Source of the DNA: Acidimicrobiales bacterium
Lineage (GTDB): Bacteria; Actinomycetota; Acidimicrobiia; Acidimicrobiales; VFJN01
Assembly: GCA_035259985.1 (NCBI GenBank)
Contig: DATFVX010000047.1
Coordinates: 1-39,646, forward strand
DNA: 39,646 bases
Direction: 5' to 3'
Part shown: positions 1 to 8,233 of the stretch, in pieces
Layout of the letters: each line of letters begins with the position of its first letter
Position numbering within the stretch: the stretch's first letter is position 1
The notes under the pieces: generated by a model
Databases searched by the model: none
What the model was told of the DNA's origin: nothing
Seen by the model: the letters and a program-made list of their open reading frames with translations, nothing else
Program-made: the position numbers and the translations under genes

Positions 1-666
1 AAGTACCAGGCGTCCGGCCTGCCCCTCCTCGATCTCATCCAGGAGGGCAACCTGGGTCTGATGCACGCCGTCGAGAAGTTCGACTGGCGCAAGGGCTTCA
101 AGTTCTCGACCTACGCAACGTGGTGGATCCGCCAGGCGATCACCCGTGGCATCGCCAACACGGGGCGTACGATCCGGCTCCCCGTCCATGCCGGCGACAC
201 GCTTGCGCGGCTGCAGAAGGCGCGGGCACGGCTCGAGCTGAAGCTCGGTCGCCCCGCCACGCTGGCCGAGCTCTCGGCCGAGGTCGAGATGCCCGAGGAC
301 AAGGTGACAGAAGCCCTGCGCTTCGCCGCCGAGCCCCTGTCCCTTTCCGAGCCGCTGCGCGAGGACGGCGACGCCGAGCTCGGCGATGTCGTCGAGGATC
401 GTTCCGCAGAGTCGCCGTTCGAGGTGGCGGCGACCGCGCTGCTGCCCGAGGAGATCAACCGACTGCTGGCGCCTCTCGACGAGCGCGAGCGCGAGATCCT
501 AAAGCTGCGCTTCGGGCTCGATCGTGGCGAGCCCCGCACGCTCGAGGAGGTGGGCGAGCACTTCAACCTCACCCGCGAGCGCATCCGCCAGATCGAGGCG
601 CGGGCAATGTCCAAGCTGCGCCACCCGTCGTCCGACACGGGCGCCCGCGACCTCCTCGCGGTCTGA
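1..666 (+). CDS. RNA polymerase sigma-70 family factor (group 1/2, HrdB/SigA/SigB-like), 5' end cut by window edge
   Basis: The frame is open from nt 1 ([28 protein letters not shown]). It has the region 2 motif [14 protein letters not shown] and the region 4.2 [22 protein letters not shown]. Stop TGA at 664-666. Confidence 0.9.
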   Translation, partial: KYQASGLPLLDLIQEGNLGLMHAVEKFDWRKGFKFSTYATWWIRQAITRGIANTGRTIRLPVHAGDTLARLQKARARLELKLGRPATLAELSAEVEMPEDKVTEALRFAAEPLSLSEPLREDGDAELGDVVEDRSAESPFEVAATALLPEEINRLLAPLDEREREILKLRFGLDRGEPRTLEEVGEHFNLTRERIRQIEARAMSKLRHPSSDTGARDLLAV

Positions 667-828
667 GGGCCTGAGCGCGCGGCGGCGGCCAAAGCCTCGG
701 GCTGCATCATCGGTTGCAGAAGGCGGTCCCGAGCGCGGCCGGGCGGGGGGCGTGGGGGGCAGAGGCTCCCGCCGGAGCCCCCCACCGTCGCTCGACCCGG
801 CTCCGCCGGTCGAGTGACCGATATACGA

Positions 829-882
829 CGCCGCCGAAAGGCGGCGGCCAAACTCTCGTTCCGCAACCTCCGGTTGCGGAAC
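829..882. terminator. Twin hairpins between the convergent sigma and ClC genes (candidate bidirectional terminator)
   Basis: CGCCGCC-GAAA-GGCGGCG at 829-846 and GTTCCGCAACC-TCC-GGTTGCGGAAC (11-bp perfect stem) at 858-882. No clear U-tract follows either. Confidence 0.55.
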
Positions 883-891
883 GAACCCCAG

Positions 892-2598
892 TCACCGCGC
901 CCCGTTCGTGCGCTCGAGGATCTCGTCGAGGCGGAGGACCTCGTCCGTGGTGACGACACCGACGAAGCGGTCGTCCCCGTCGACGACCGCGAGCACGTCG
1001 GCGTCACCCCCCTCCATGGCCTGCACTGCGTCACGCACCAGCCACGTCGTGCGGCCGCGCGGGGCGGCCACGTTGGCGATGGTGCGGATCTCGGTGGTGG
1101 CCCACGCCTCCCGCCTGATCGTCACCACCTCGTCCAGCGCCATCAGGCCGAGGTAGCGGTTGGCGTCGTCCACGACGGGGACTGCGCGCTGGCGATAGCC
1201 GACCAGGTGGACGGTGAGGAACTCCTCGATCGTGGCGTCGGGGGGCACGGTGCGCACGTCGGTCTCGAGGACGGCGCTGATCGGGAGCTCGAAGCGGCGC
1301 TCGAGGTGCCCCAGGCGCCCGGCCCGCTGGTGGTCGGACACCGACGAGTCGCCGACCAGCAGCTGTGACGCCGCGGTGGCGACGAATGCGGGCACGACGA
1401 AACCGGGGTGTCCGGTCGTCTCCGCGACGAACATGATCGCCGCCAGGGGCGTGCGGTAGCCGGCGCCGAGGAACGACGCCATGCCGACCACCAGCAACAG
1501 GTCGGTGTCCGCCATCCCCAGCGCACCGCTGGCGAAGCGGCCGGTCAGGGCCCCCAGCACCACCAACGGGATGACCAGGCCTCCGGCCCCGCCCCCGCCC
1601 AGCGTCGCCAGCACCGCCCCCACCCGGACCACCAGGAGCGTGAGCACGAGCCATTGGGCGAGGCCGGGATCGGTGGCCCAGCGGATCACGTCGTAGCCGG
1701 GGCCCAGGGTCAGCGGCGCGTCCGCAGCCGCCTCGGCCACGTACGCACAGAGGGCGAGGGCCGCGCCGGCCCCGAGGATGCGCAGCCCGACGGGGATGTC
1801 GGTGACCCAGGGGTCCCGCAGGAACCGCACCGCGCCGCTGAACAGGCGGGCCCCCAGGCCGCACAGCAGGCCGACGGCGAGCGCACCGCCGAGGTCCCGC
1901 CAGTCGAACGGTGACCCGCCCACCACCGGCAGGATCGGATCCGTGCCGTCGATGGCGGCGAACGTGACGTAGGCGGTCGCCGACGCCACCATCGCCGGCA
2001 GCACGTTGCGCCGCGCGAGGTCGGCGCGGTAGGGCACCTCGATGGCGAACAGCGCCCCTGTGGCCGGCGCCTTGAAGATCGCCGATATGCCCGCGGCCGC
2101 CCCGGCGACGAGGAGCAGCTTGGCGTCCTCGCGGGAGAAGAAGCGGGCAAAGCGCCGCTGGATGGTCGACCCGATGGCGGAGCCCGCGTAGATGGACGGT
2201 CCCTCGAGGCCGAGCGCACCGCCGTAGCCGATGGTGGCGATGCTTGCGAGGACCCGGCCCACGACGGGCCGGGTGGACATGTGCTCGTGCGCCTCCTCGT
2301 GGAAGCTGCGCACGTACTCGTCGGTCGTGGACGATGACCTGCCCTGGGCGATCCAGCGCAGGCACAGGTAGGCGACCAGCAGGCCCACGCCGGGGGCGCA
2401 CGCCTGGAGCCACAGCGGCCGGTCCGCGAGGCGATCGAACAGGCCGTCGATGGTGATGCGTTGGATGGCGTACACCGCGAGGCCGACGATCACGCCGGTC
2501 GCGCCGGCGAACAGGAACGTCTGGTGGGTGCGCCTGCCGATGGCCCGCGCCTCCAGCTGTCGATGCACCGGCACGAACGGCCGCTGAGCGGTCACCAC
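892..2598 (-). CDS. ClC-family voltage-gated chloride channel / H+-Cl- antiporter with C-terminal CBS pair
   Basis: 568-aa polytopic membrane ORF with the GLEGPSIYAG (GxEGP) filter motif and FKAPATGALFAIEV. The C-terminal soluble part is CBS-like (VPVVDDANRYLGLMALDEV, LAVVDGDDRFVGVVTTDEV). GTG start is preceded by GGGGGAGGG. Confidence 0.88.
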   Translation of the reverse strand: MVTAQRPFVPVHRQLEARAIGRRTHQTFLFAGATGVIVGLAVYAIQRITIDGLFDRLADRPLWLQACAPGVGLLVAYLCLRWIAQGRSSSTTDEYVRSFHEEAHEHMSTRPVVGRVLASIATIGYGGALGLEGPSIYAGSAIGSTIQRRFARFFSREDAKLLLVAGAAAGISAIFKAPATGALFAIEVPYRADLARRNVLPAMVASATAYVTFAAIDGTDPILPVVGGSPFDWRDLGGALAVGLLCGLGARLFSGAVRFLRDPWVTDIPVGLRILGAGAALALCAYVAEAAADAPLTLGPGYDVIRWATDPGLAQWLVLTLLVVRVGAVLATLGGGGAGGLVIPLVVLGALTGRFASGALGMADTDLLLVVGMASFLGAGYRTPLAAIMFVAETTGHPGFVVPAFVATAASQLLVGDSSVSDHQRAGRLGHLERRFELPISAVLETDVRTVPPDATIEEFLTVHLVGYRQRAVPVVDDANRYLGLMALDEVVTIRREAWATTEIRTIANVAAPRGRTTWLVRDAVQAMEGGDADVLAVVDGDDRFVGVVTTDEVLRLDEILERTNGAR

Positions 2599-2806
2599 CC
2601 CGCCCTCCCCCCGGAGCGCCGACCCCGCTGCTTCGTTGCGGGGGGCGACTGTGCTTCGTCGACGCCGCTCGCGTCGGTCGCGGGGCGCCCGCGATCAAAC
2701 GGTACGCACGGCCCCAGCACACTCATAGGGCGTGACCTTAGAGCCTTGGCCGACGCCGTCACGCAGCCTGTCGGATGCCGGGCACGCGACTCGCTACCAT
2801 CCCGGC

Positions 2807-2881
2807 CATGAAGAAGCTTCTGCTGCTCATCGCCCTCGTCGCCCTCGCCACAATCGCTGCCAAGAAGGTGCGCTCCGTCTG
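2807..2881 (+). CDS. Candidate 24-aa small membrane peptide (MKKLLLLIALVALATIAAKKVRSV)
   Basis: ATG-to-TGA ORF not listed in the track. It encodes a single hydrophobic helix flanked by Lys residues, and 21 of 24 codons end in G/C. No clear SD. It overlaps the 3' end of the convergent HAD ORF by 55 nt. Confidence 0.3.
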
Positions 2882-3762
2882 ACGGATGAGGCCGGGGCAC
2901 CGCCGTGGGCCACCCGCTGGCTCGCGGCGGCGACTGCGGCCCTCACGGGCGACCTCGGCGGAGCCGCCGGTTTGCGCCGGTCCCACAGCCACCGGGCTGC
3001 GAAGCCTGCACCCAGCGCCACGAGCACCGCGCCTCCACCGAGCGCCGCGTGACGCGGGGCGGGCATGGGCACCCGCTCGCGTAGCGGAACGCGCCGCGAG
3101 AAGCGCAGCACGTCCCAGTCCCGGGCACGCGCGGCCCGAAGCAGTTCCCGATCGGGGTTGACAACGACGGGGTGACCAACGGCCTCGAGCATCGGCAGGT
3201 CGGTGGCCGAGTCGCTGTAGGCGTACGACGCCGACAGGTCGATGCCGTCTCGCCGGGCCGCATCCTCGATGGCGGACACCTTTTCGGGCCCGTAGCAGTA
3301 ACGCTCCGTCCTCCCGGTGTAGCGGCCTTCCGCGTCGAGCTCGGCTCGGGTCGCCAATGCCTCGTCGACGCCCAGGAACTGCGCCAGCGGCGCCACGATC
3401 TCCTCGGGCGAGGCCGACACGATGAACACCTTCCGGCCTGCGGCCTGGTGCTCACGGATCAGGTCCACCGCCTCGTCGAAGACGATGGGTTCGACGACAT
3501 CGACGAGTGTCTCGCGCACGATGGCGGCGATCTCGGCCTCTTGCCAGCCCCGCGTGAGACGGAGGACCGAATCGCGCAGCTTGTCGAGCTTGGCGGGCGT
3601 CGCCCCGAACTGGGCATAGACGAGTTGGCCCCACGCGGCCCGGAGCAGCCGGCGGCGCGAGATCAGCCCGGCGCGGTGCAAGGGACCGCTGAACGCCACC
3701 ATCGACGCCTTGGCGATGACCGTCTTGTCCAGATCGAAGAACGCGGCGGAGCGCGGAGTCAC
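2827..3762 (-). CDS. HAD-IB family hydrolase (SerB-like fold) with C-terminal membrane helix
   Basis: GTG start gives VTPRSAAFFDLDKT (DxDxT motif I). Also FIVSASP (motif II) and YSDSATDLPML (motif IV). The C-terminal helix is GGGAVLVALGAGFAARWLW. Confidence 0.85.
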   Translation of the reverse strand: MTPRSAAFFDLDKTVIAKASMVAFSGPLHRAGLISRRRLLRAAWGQLVYAQFGATPAKLDKLRDSVLRLTRGWQEAEIAAIVRETLVDVVEPIVFDEAVDLIREHQAAGRKVFIVSASPEEIVAPLAQFLGVDEALATRAELDAEGRYTGRTERYCYGPEKVSAIEDAARRDGIDLSASYAYSDSATDLPMLEAVGHPVVVNPDRELLRAARARDWDVLRFSRRVPLRERVPMPAPRHAALGGGAVLVALGAGFAARWLWDRRKPAAPPRSPVRAAVAAASQRVAHGGAPASSVRRSAPSWQRLWRGRRGR

Positions 3763-3869
3763 GGCTGGCGACCCTAACGGCGGAGCCGGCCTGTCCGGCG
3801 AGCGGCCGGTTCAGGTCTTTGGCATGGTTACAAAATAATTGATTCGATTTCCATGCATCACTTTTGGAT

Positions 3870-3898
3870 TTGACACCTTCGGGGTCCTTGTGTAGCCT
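3870..3898 (+). promoter_or_regulatory. Candidate sigma-70-type promoter of the tad operon inside an AT-rich patch
   Basis: TTGACA (3870-3875), a 17-nt spacer, then TAGCCT (3893-3898, TANNNT). It lies just downstream of a roughly 70-nt AT-rich stretch (3815-3870) in an otherwise high-GC window. Confidence 0.5.
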
Positions 3899-4007
3899 TC
3901 CGGACCTAACCGCCTGGCTGCGGCGCCGACACCTCCGTTGCTCGTGGCGCCGTTGGCGGCCTCCCGGACTTCCCCCCGTGTGCCCACTTCGTCCCGGAGG
4001 TCCCCCC

Positions 4008-4652
4008 ATGCTGGTCGCCTGCTGGTCCGTCAAGGGCGGCGTCGGCACGACCGTCGTCGCCGCATCGCTCGCCCTCCTCCTCGCCCGGCGCCCCGGCCCG
4101 GGCATCGTGCTGGCCGACCTCGGGGGCGACGGGCCCGCGGTCCTCGGCCTCCCCGAGCCCGACGGCCCCGGCCTTGCCGGCTGGCTGGCGGCCGGCGACG
4201 AGGTGCCCGCCGACGGGTTGGCGCGGCTCGAGGTCCAGGCATCGCCGGGCCTGACGCTCTTGCCCCGTGGCCCCGGGCCCCTGCTGCTCGATCGAGCCGC
4301 CGTCCTGGCCTCGCTCCTCGACCGAGGGCCGCGACCGGTCGTGGTCGACTGCGGCACCACGGAACGGGTGGCGGCGGCCGTCGCCGAGGGTGCGCAGCGC
4401 TCGATCCTCGTCATCCGCCCGTGCTACCTGGCGCTCCGGCGGGCGATGGCCTCGTCGCTGCGGCCGTCGGAGGTCGTCATGATCCGCGAGCCGGGGCGCG
4501 CGATCTCCCGCCACGACGTCGAGTCGGCCGTCCGCGCCCCCGTCCGAGCAGAGATCGAGGCCGACCCGGCGGTGGCCCGAGCCGTCGACTCCGGCCTCAT
4601 GGCCGGGCGTCTGCCCCGATCGCTCGAGCGGGGGCTGCGCCATGCTGCGTGA
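4008..4652 (+). CDS. TadZ/CpaE/Ssd-like ParA-fold protein with degenerate P-loop
   Basis: ATG at 4008 lies 7 nt after GGAGG. The N-terminus is MLVACWSVKGGVGTTVVAASLA, a deviant Walker A that lacks the GK[ST] lysine. It sits directly upstream of cpaF and overlaps it. The longer TTG-3864 N-terminus looks non-coding (Arg/Pro/Trp-rich). Confidence 0.7.
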   Translation: MLVACWSVKGGVGTTVVAASLALLLARRPGPGIVLADLGGDGPAVLGLPEPDGPGLAGWLAAGDEVPADGLARLEVQASPGLTLLPRGPGPLLLDRAAVLASLLDRGPRPVVVDCGTTERVAAAVAEGAQRSILVIRPCYLALRRAMASSLRPSEVVMIREPGRAISRHDVESAVRAPVRAEIEADPAVARAVDSGLMAGRLPRSLERGLRHAA

Positions 4653-5868
4653 CCGTCGCACCGACGTCGTCGAGCTCGATGCCCGGGTCCATCGCCGGGT
4701 GATCGCGTCGGCGACCGACCGGCCGATGGATGATCCCGCCCTCGCCGACCTCGTCCGCGACGAGGCGCCGCTCCTCGGGGCCGACCAGGTGGCCGGCGTC
4801 GTGTCCCGGGTGCGGGCCCGGATCGGCGGCCTCGGGCCGCTCGAGCCCCTCCTCGCCGACCCTCGGGTGAACGACGTGCTCGTCAACGGTCCCGGTCCCG
4901 TCTGGGTCGAACGGTCCGGCCGCCTCGAGCGCACCCAGCTCGAGCTCGATCGACCGGCCATCGACCTGCTCGTCGAGCGGGTGGTGGCGCCGCTCGGCCT
5001 TCGCGCCGACCGCACGAGCCCGGTCGTCGACGCCCGGCTGCCCGACGGGTCGCGCGTCCACGTGGTGCTGCCGCCGCTGGCGGTCGACGGGCCCGCCGTC
5101 ACCATTCGTCGTTTCGGCGCCGCCGCCATCCCGCTCGGGGAGTTCTGCTCGCCCGGTGTCGCCGATCTGCTGGCGGGCGCCGTCGACGCCGGCCTCAACA
5201 TGGTCGTCTGCGGCGGAACCGGCGCCGGCAAGACCACGCTGCTCAACGCGCTGTGCGGCCACTTGGCGTTCGGCGAGCGGGTCGTGACGGTCGAGGACAC
5301 GGCCGAGCTGCGCCCGCCGGGCGAGCACGTCGTGCGCCTGGAGACCCGCCCGGCAAGTCCCGACGGGCTCGCCGCGGTCGGCGTCCGTGAGCTGGTCCGG
5401 GCGGCGCTGCGCATGCGGCCCGACCGCATCGTCGTCGGCGAGGTCCGGGGAGCCGAGGCGCTCGACATGCTCCAGGCGATGAACACCGGGCACGACGGGT
5501 CGCTGTCCACCGTCCACGCCAATGGCACGGGCGACGCATTGCGCCGCATCGAGACCATGGCGCTCATGGGGTCGATCGACTTGCCGTTGCCGGCCGTCCG
5601 CGAGCAGGTCCTCGGCGCCCTCGACCTGTTGGTACGGGTGGTCCGCGGTGCGAGTGGGGCACGGCTGGTGGCCGAGGTTGCCGAGGTCGTGGCCGGCCCC
5701 GGCGACACAGTTGCGACCCGCCCGCTGGCGGTCGGCCGCCGGTGTGTGGCCCGCCCGACACGCGCCGCCCGCCGCCCCGATGTCGCCGTCTGGCCGACCG
5801 GCGGACACGCCGGCACGGGCCACGCCGCCGACCCTGCGCCGGAACCGGCGATTGGGGAGCCGGCATGA
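4642..5868 (+). CDS. cpaF: CpaF/TadA-family type II/IV secretion ATPase (pilus assembly)
   Basis: Walker A GGTGAGKTTLLNAL, Asp box VTVEDTAEL, Walker B IVVGEVRG, His box GHDGSLSTVHAN. The start overlaps the stop of the upstream gene. Confidence 0.92.
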   Translation: MLRDRRTDVVELDARVHRRVIASATDRPMDDPALADLVRDEAPLLGADQVAGVVSRVRARIGGLGPLEPLLADPRVNDVLVNGPGPVWVERSGRLERTQLELDRPAIDLLVERVVAPLGLRADRTSPVVDARLPDGSRVHVVLPPLAVDGPAVTIRRFGAAAIPLGEFCSPGVADLLAGAVDAGLNMVVCGGTGAGKTTLLNALCGHLAFGERVVTVEDTAELRPPGEHVVRLETRPASPDGLAAVGVRELVRAALRMRPDRIVVGEVRGAEALDMLQAMNTGHDGSLSTVHANGTGDALRRIETMALMGSIDLPLPAVREQVLGALDLLVRVVRGASGARLVAEVAEVVAGPGDTVATRPLAVGRRCVARPTRAARRPDVAVWPTGGHAGTGHAADPAPEPAIGEPA

Positions 5869-6704
5869 CGCCGAACGCGTTGCTTGTTGCCGCCTGCCTG
5901 TCCCTGCCGGCCGGCTGGTCGCTCCGTGGCTGGTGGTCGACGCAGCGCGTGCTGGCCCGCGTCGCCGCCTCGCGTTCCGAGAGCGGAGCCACCGCCCCGT
6001 CGATGCGACCGGCGACGCAGGCCCCGCCCGCCGCTGTGGTCGCCGGTGTGGCCGGCACGGCGCTCGCGGTTCTCGTCCTGGGGCCGGTCGTCCTGGTGCT
6101 CGCGGTGCTCGGGGCGGCCGTCACGCCCCTGCTCGCCCGCCGCCGGCGACGCGCCCGGGCACTGGTGGCACGTCGCGGTCAGCTACCGCCGGCGCTGGAG
6201 CGGCTCGCGGCGTCCCTGCGCTCCGGGTCCTCGCTCCCGGTGGCGCTGGACGAGGCGGGCCGGGCGACGCCGGATCCGCTCGGCCCCGAGCTTCGGGCCC
6301 TGGCGCTGGGTGCCGGCCGCGGGCAGTCGATGGCCGCGGTGCTCGACGGCTGGACGCTGCGACACGACGACGCCGGCACCCGGCTTGCGGCAACGGCGCT
6401 GGTGCTGGCGACCGTCGTGGGAGTGACGCCCGCGCGAGCCGTCGACGGTGTGGCGGCCACGCTGCGTGAGCGTCTCGAGCTCGGCGCCGAGCGTCGGGCG
6501 CTCGCGTCGCAGGCACGCACCAGCGCGGTGGTGCTGTCGGCGGCGCCGGTGGTGTTCGCCGTGCTGCTGGGGATGGGTGACGGGGCGGCCGGGCGCTTCC
6601 TGCTGCACTCGCCGGCCGGGTGGGCATGCATAGCCGGGGGTTTGGGTCTCGATGCCCTTGGCGCCTGGTGGATGGCACGGCTGACGCGAGGTGAACTGTC
6701 ATGA
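5865..6704 (+). CDS. tadB: TadB-like type II secretion system F-domain membrane protein
   Basis: ATGA start/stop overlap with cpaF at 5865-5868. The T2SS-F-like core is LPPALERLAASLRSGSSLPVALDEA, flanked by TM helices. Confidence 0.75.
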   Translation: MTPNALLVAACLSLPAGWSLRGWWSTQRVLARVAASRSESGATAPSMRPATQAPPAAVVAGVAGTALAVLVLGPVVLVLAVLGAAVTPLLARRRRRARALVARRGQLPPALERLAASLRSGSSLPVALDEAGRATPDPLGPELRALALGAGRGQSMAAVLDGWTLRHDDAGTRLAATALVLATVVGVTPARAVDGVAATLRERLELGAERRALASQARTSAVVLSAAPVVFAVLLGMGDGAAGRFLLHSPAGWACIAGGLGLDALGAWWMARLTRGELS

Positions 6705-7513
6705 TCGCCCTCGGCCTGGGCCTGGCCTGGGCGGCGCTGGTCGCCATTGTTCTTGGCGAACGCCGCGTCGCGGCTCGCCACCCCGATCCGACGCCGCCCA
6801 CCCTCGTCCCGGGCGGCATTCTCCCGATCGTCGGCGGCCGCAACCGCGTCCACGGCGCAAGGCCCAGCCTCGTCACCGCCGTCGGCGCCTGGCTGCGGCG
6901 CGGGGCCGGGCGGCCCCCCGATCCCGCCGCCGATCGCCGGGTGGGCGGGGCCGTGCTGGTGGCCGCCGGCCTGGCGCCGTGGGCTCCGCCACTCGCCCTC
7001 GTCCCGGTGGCGTGGTCCCTGCTCGCCCCCACGCTCGTCGCCCGGCGGGCCAGGCGAGCGCACGAGGCCGCGGTCACCGACCAACTTCCAGACGTGGTCG
7101 ACCTCCTGCACCTGACCACGGCTGCGGGACTGCCGATCGCCACCGCGGTGGGCGCGATCCGATGCCGGCCCGGCGGACCGCTCGGAGCCGCCCTCGAACG
7201 GGCGGCCGCCCACATCGAGCGGGGAGGTACCACCTCGTCGGCGCTCGGACAGCTCCTCGACGACGCAGGTGCGTCGGTCCGGCCGCTCGCCGACGCCCTG
7301 GCGGCCCACGACCGCTACGGCACGCCGCTCGTGCCCTCACTCGAGCGTGTCGCAATCGAAAGCCGGCTCCGCCGCCGGCGTCACGCCGAGGAGGCCGCGC
7401 GCCGGCTGCCGGTCACCCTCCTCTTCCCGCTGGTGCTCACGACGCTGCCGGCGTTTGCCCTGCTCACGGTCGTCCCGCTCCTGGCGGGATCCTTCGGCTC
7501 CCTGAGCCCCTGA
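6701..7513 (+). CDS. tadC: TadC-like type II secretion system F-domain membrane protein
   Basis: ATGA overlap with tadB at 6701-6704. Contains LPDVVDLLHLTTAAGLPIATAV, RRLPVTLLFPLVLTTLPAFALL and terminal TM helices. Confidence 0.75.
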   Translation: MIALGLGLAWAALVAIVLGERRVAARHPDPTPPTLVPGGILPIVGGRNRVHGARPSLVTAVGAWLRRGAGRPPDPAADRRVGGAVLVAAGLAPWAPPLALVPVAWSLLAPTLVARRARRAHEAAVTDQLPDVVDLLHLTTAAGLPIATAVGAIRCRPGGPLGAALERAAAHIERGGTTSSALGQLLDDAGASVRPLADALAAHDRYGTPLVPSLERVAIESRLRRRRHAEEAARRLPVTLLFPLVLTTLPAFALLTVVPLLAGSFGSLSP

Positions 7514-7569
7514 ACCCCTCCCCCCGACGCAGCCCCACGCCACACCTCGGCGCGACCCCGGAGGTCGAC

Positions 7570-7794
7570 ATGTTCATCCACCCCCTGCTCTACGCCCACG
7601 GGCTCGCATCGCGAGCCGCCGGCCGCGTCGGTCGCCGGCTCACCGACGACCGCGGACAGGCGACGGCCGAGTACGGCCTGGTCATCCTGGCGGCCGGCGG
7701 CATCGCCCTCGGCGTCATCGCCTGGGCCGCCCAGACCGGTAGCTTCACCGACCTGTTCGAGTCGGTGATCGAGAAGCTGACCGACAACCTCTAG
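7570..7794 (+). CDS. Flp-type pilin-like small protein (DUF4244-like, Rv3656c-type)
   Basis: ATG at 7570 lies 5 nt after GGAGG. The 74-aa product carries a GQATAEYGLVILAAGGIALGV prepilin-like motif followed by a hydrophobic helix. Confidence 0.7.
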   Translation: MFIHPLLYAHGLASRAAGRVGRRLTDDRGQATAEYGLVILAAGGIALGVIAWAAQTGSFTDLFESVIEKLTDNL

Positions 7795-7805
7795 TCCCGT
7801 CAGCC

Positions 7806-8216
7806 ATGCGACGACTCCGGGCCGGCGCGCGTGGCGGTGGTCGCGCGCCGAGGCGCGACGCCGGCCAGGCGACCGTGGAGCTGGCCCTGGTCCTGCCGCT
7901 GGTTGCGGGCCTCCTGCTGGCGATCATCCAGGCGGGCGTGCTGGCACGCGACCAACTCCTCGTGACCCACGCCGCCCGCGAAGCCGTGCGCGCCGCCGCC
8001 GTCGACGACGATCCGGCGGCCGCACGACGCGCGGCCGAGCAGGCGGGCCCGCTGGCCGCGGATCGCCTCGACACCGAGGTGGTCGAACGGGGCGAGGTGG
8101 GTGGCAGGGTCGAGGTCGTCGTGCGCTACCGGTCACCGACCCGCATCCCGCTCGTCGGGACCCTGGTCGACGACGTCCTGCTCGAAGCGGCAGCCACCAT
8201 GCGGGTGGAGCGGTGA
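7806..8216 (+). CDS. TadE-like pseudopilin family protein
   Basis: 136 aa. The N-terminal GQATVELALVLPLVAGLLLAIIQ is a TadE-type motif and shares the GQAT[AV]E site with the Flp-like gene. It lies directly downstream of the pilin gene. Confidence 0.7.
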   Translation: MRRLRAGARGGGRAPRRDAGQATVELALVLPLVAGLLLAIIQAGVLARDQLLVTHAAREAVRAAAVDDDPAAARRAAEQAGPLAADRLDTEVVERGEVGGRVEVVVRYRSPTRIPLVGTLVDDVLLEAAATMRVER

Positions 8217-8233
8217 TGGGCGCCCGATCGTGG

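Noticed and set aside
1031-2722. 563-aa minus-strand ORF in an alternative frame of the ClC gene
   Set aside because: It is extremely Arg/Pro/Gly-rich and overlaps, out of frame, an ORF with ClC and CBS signatures.
3906-5823. 636-aa and 408-aa minus-strand ORFs across the TadZ-like and CpaF genes
   Set aside because: They are antisense to genes with clear Walker, Asp-box and His-box motifs. Their composition is low-complexity Arg/Ser/Pro/Gly.
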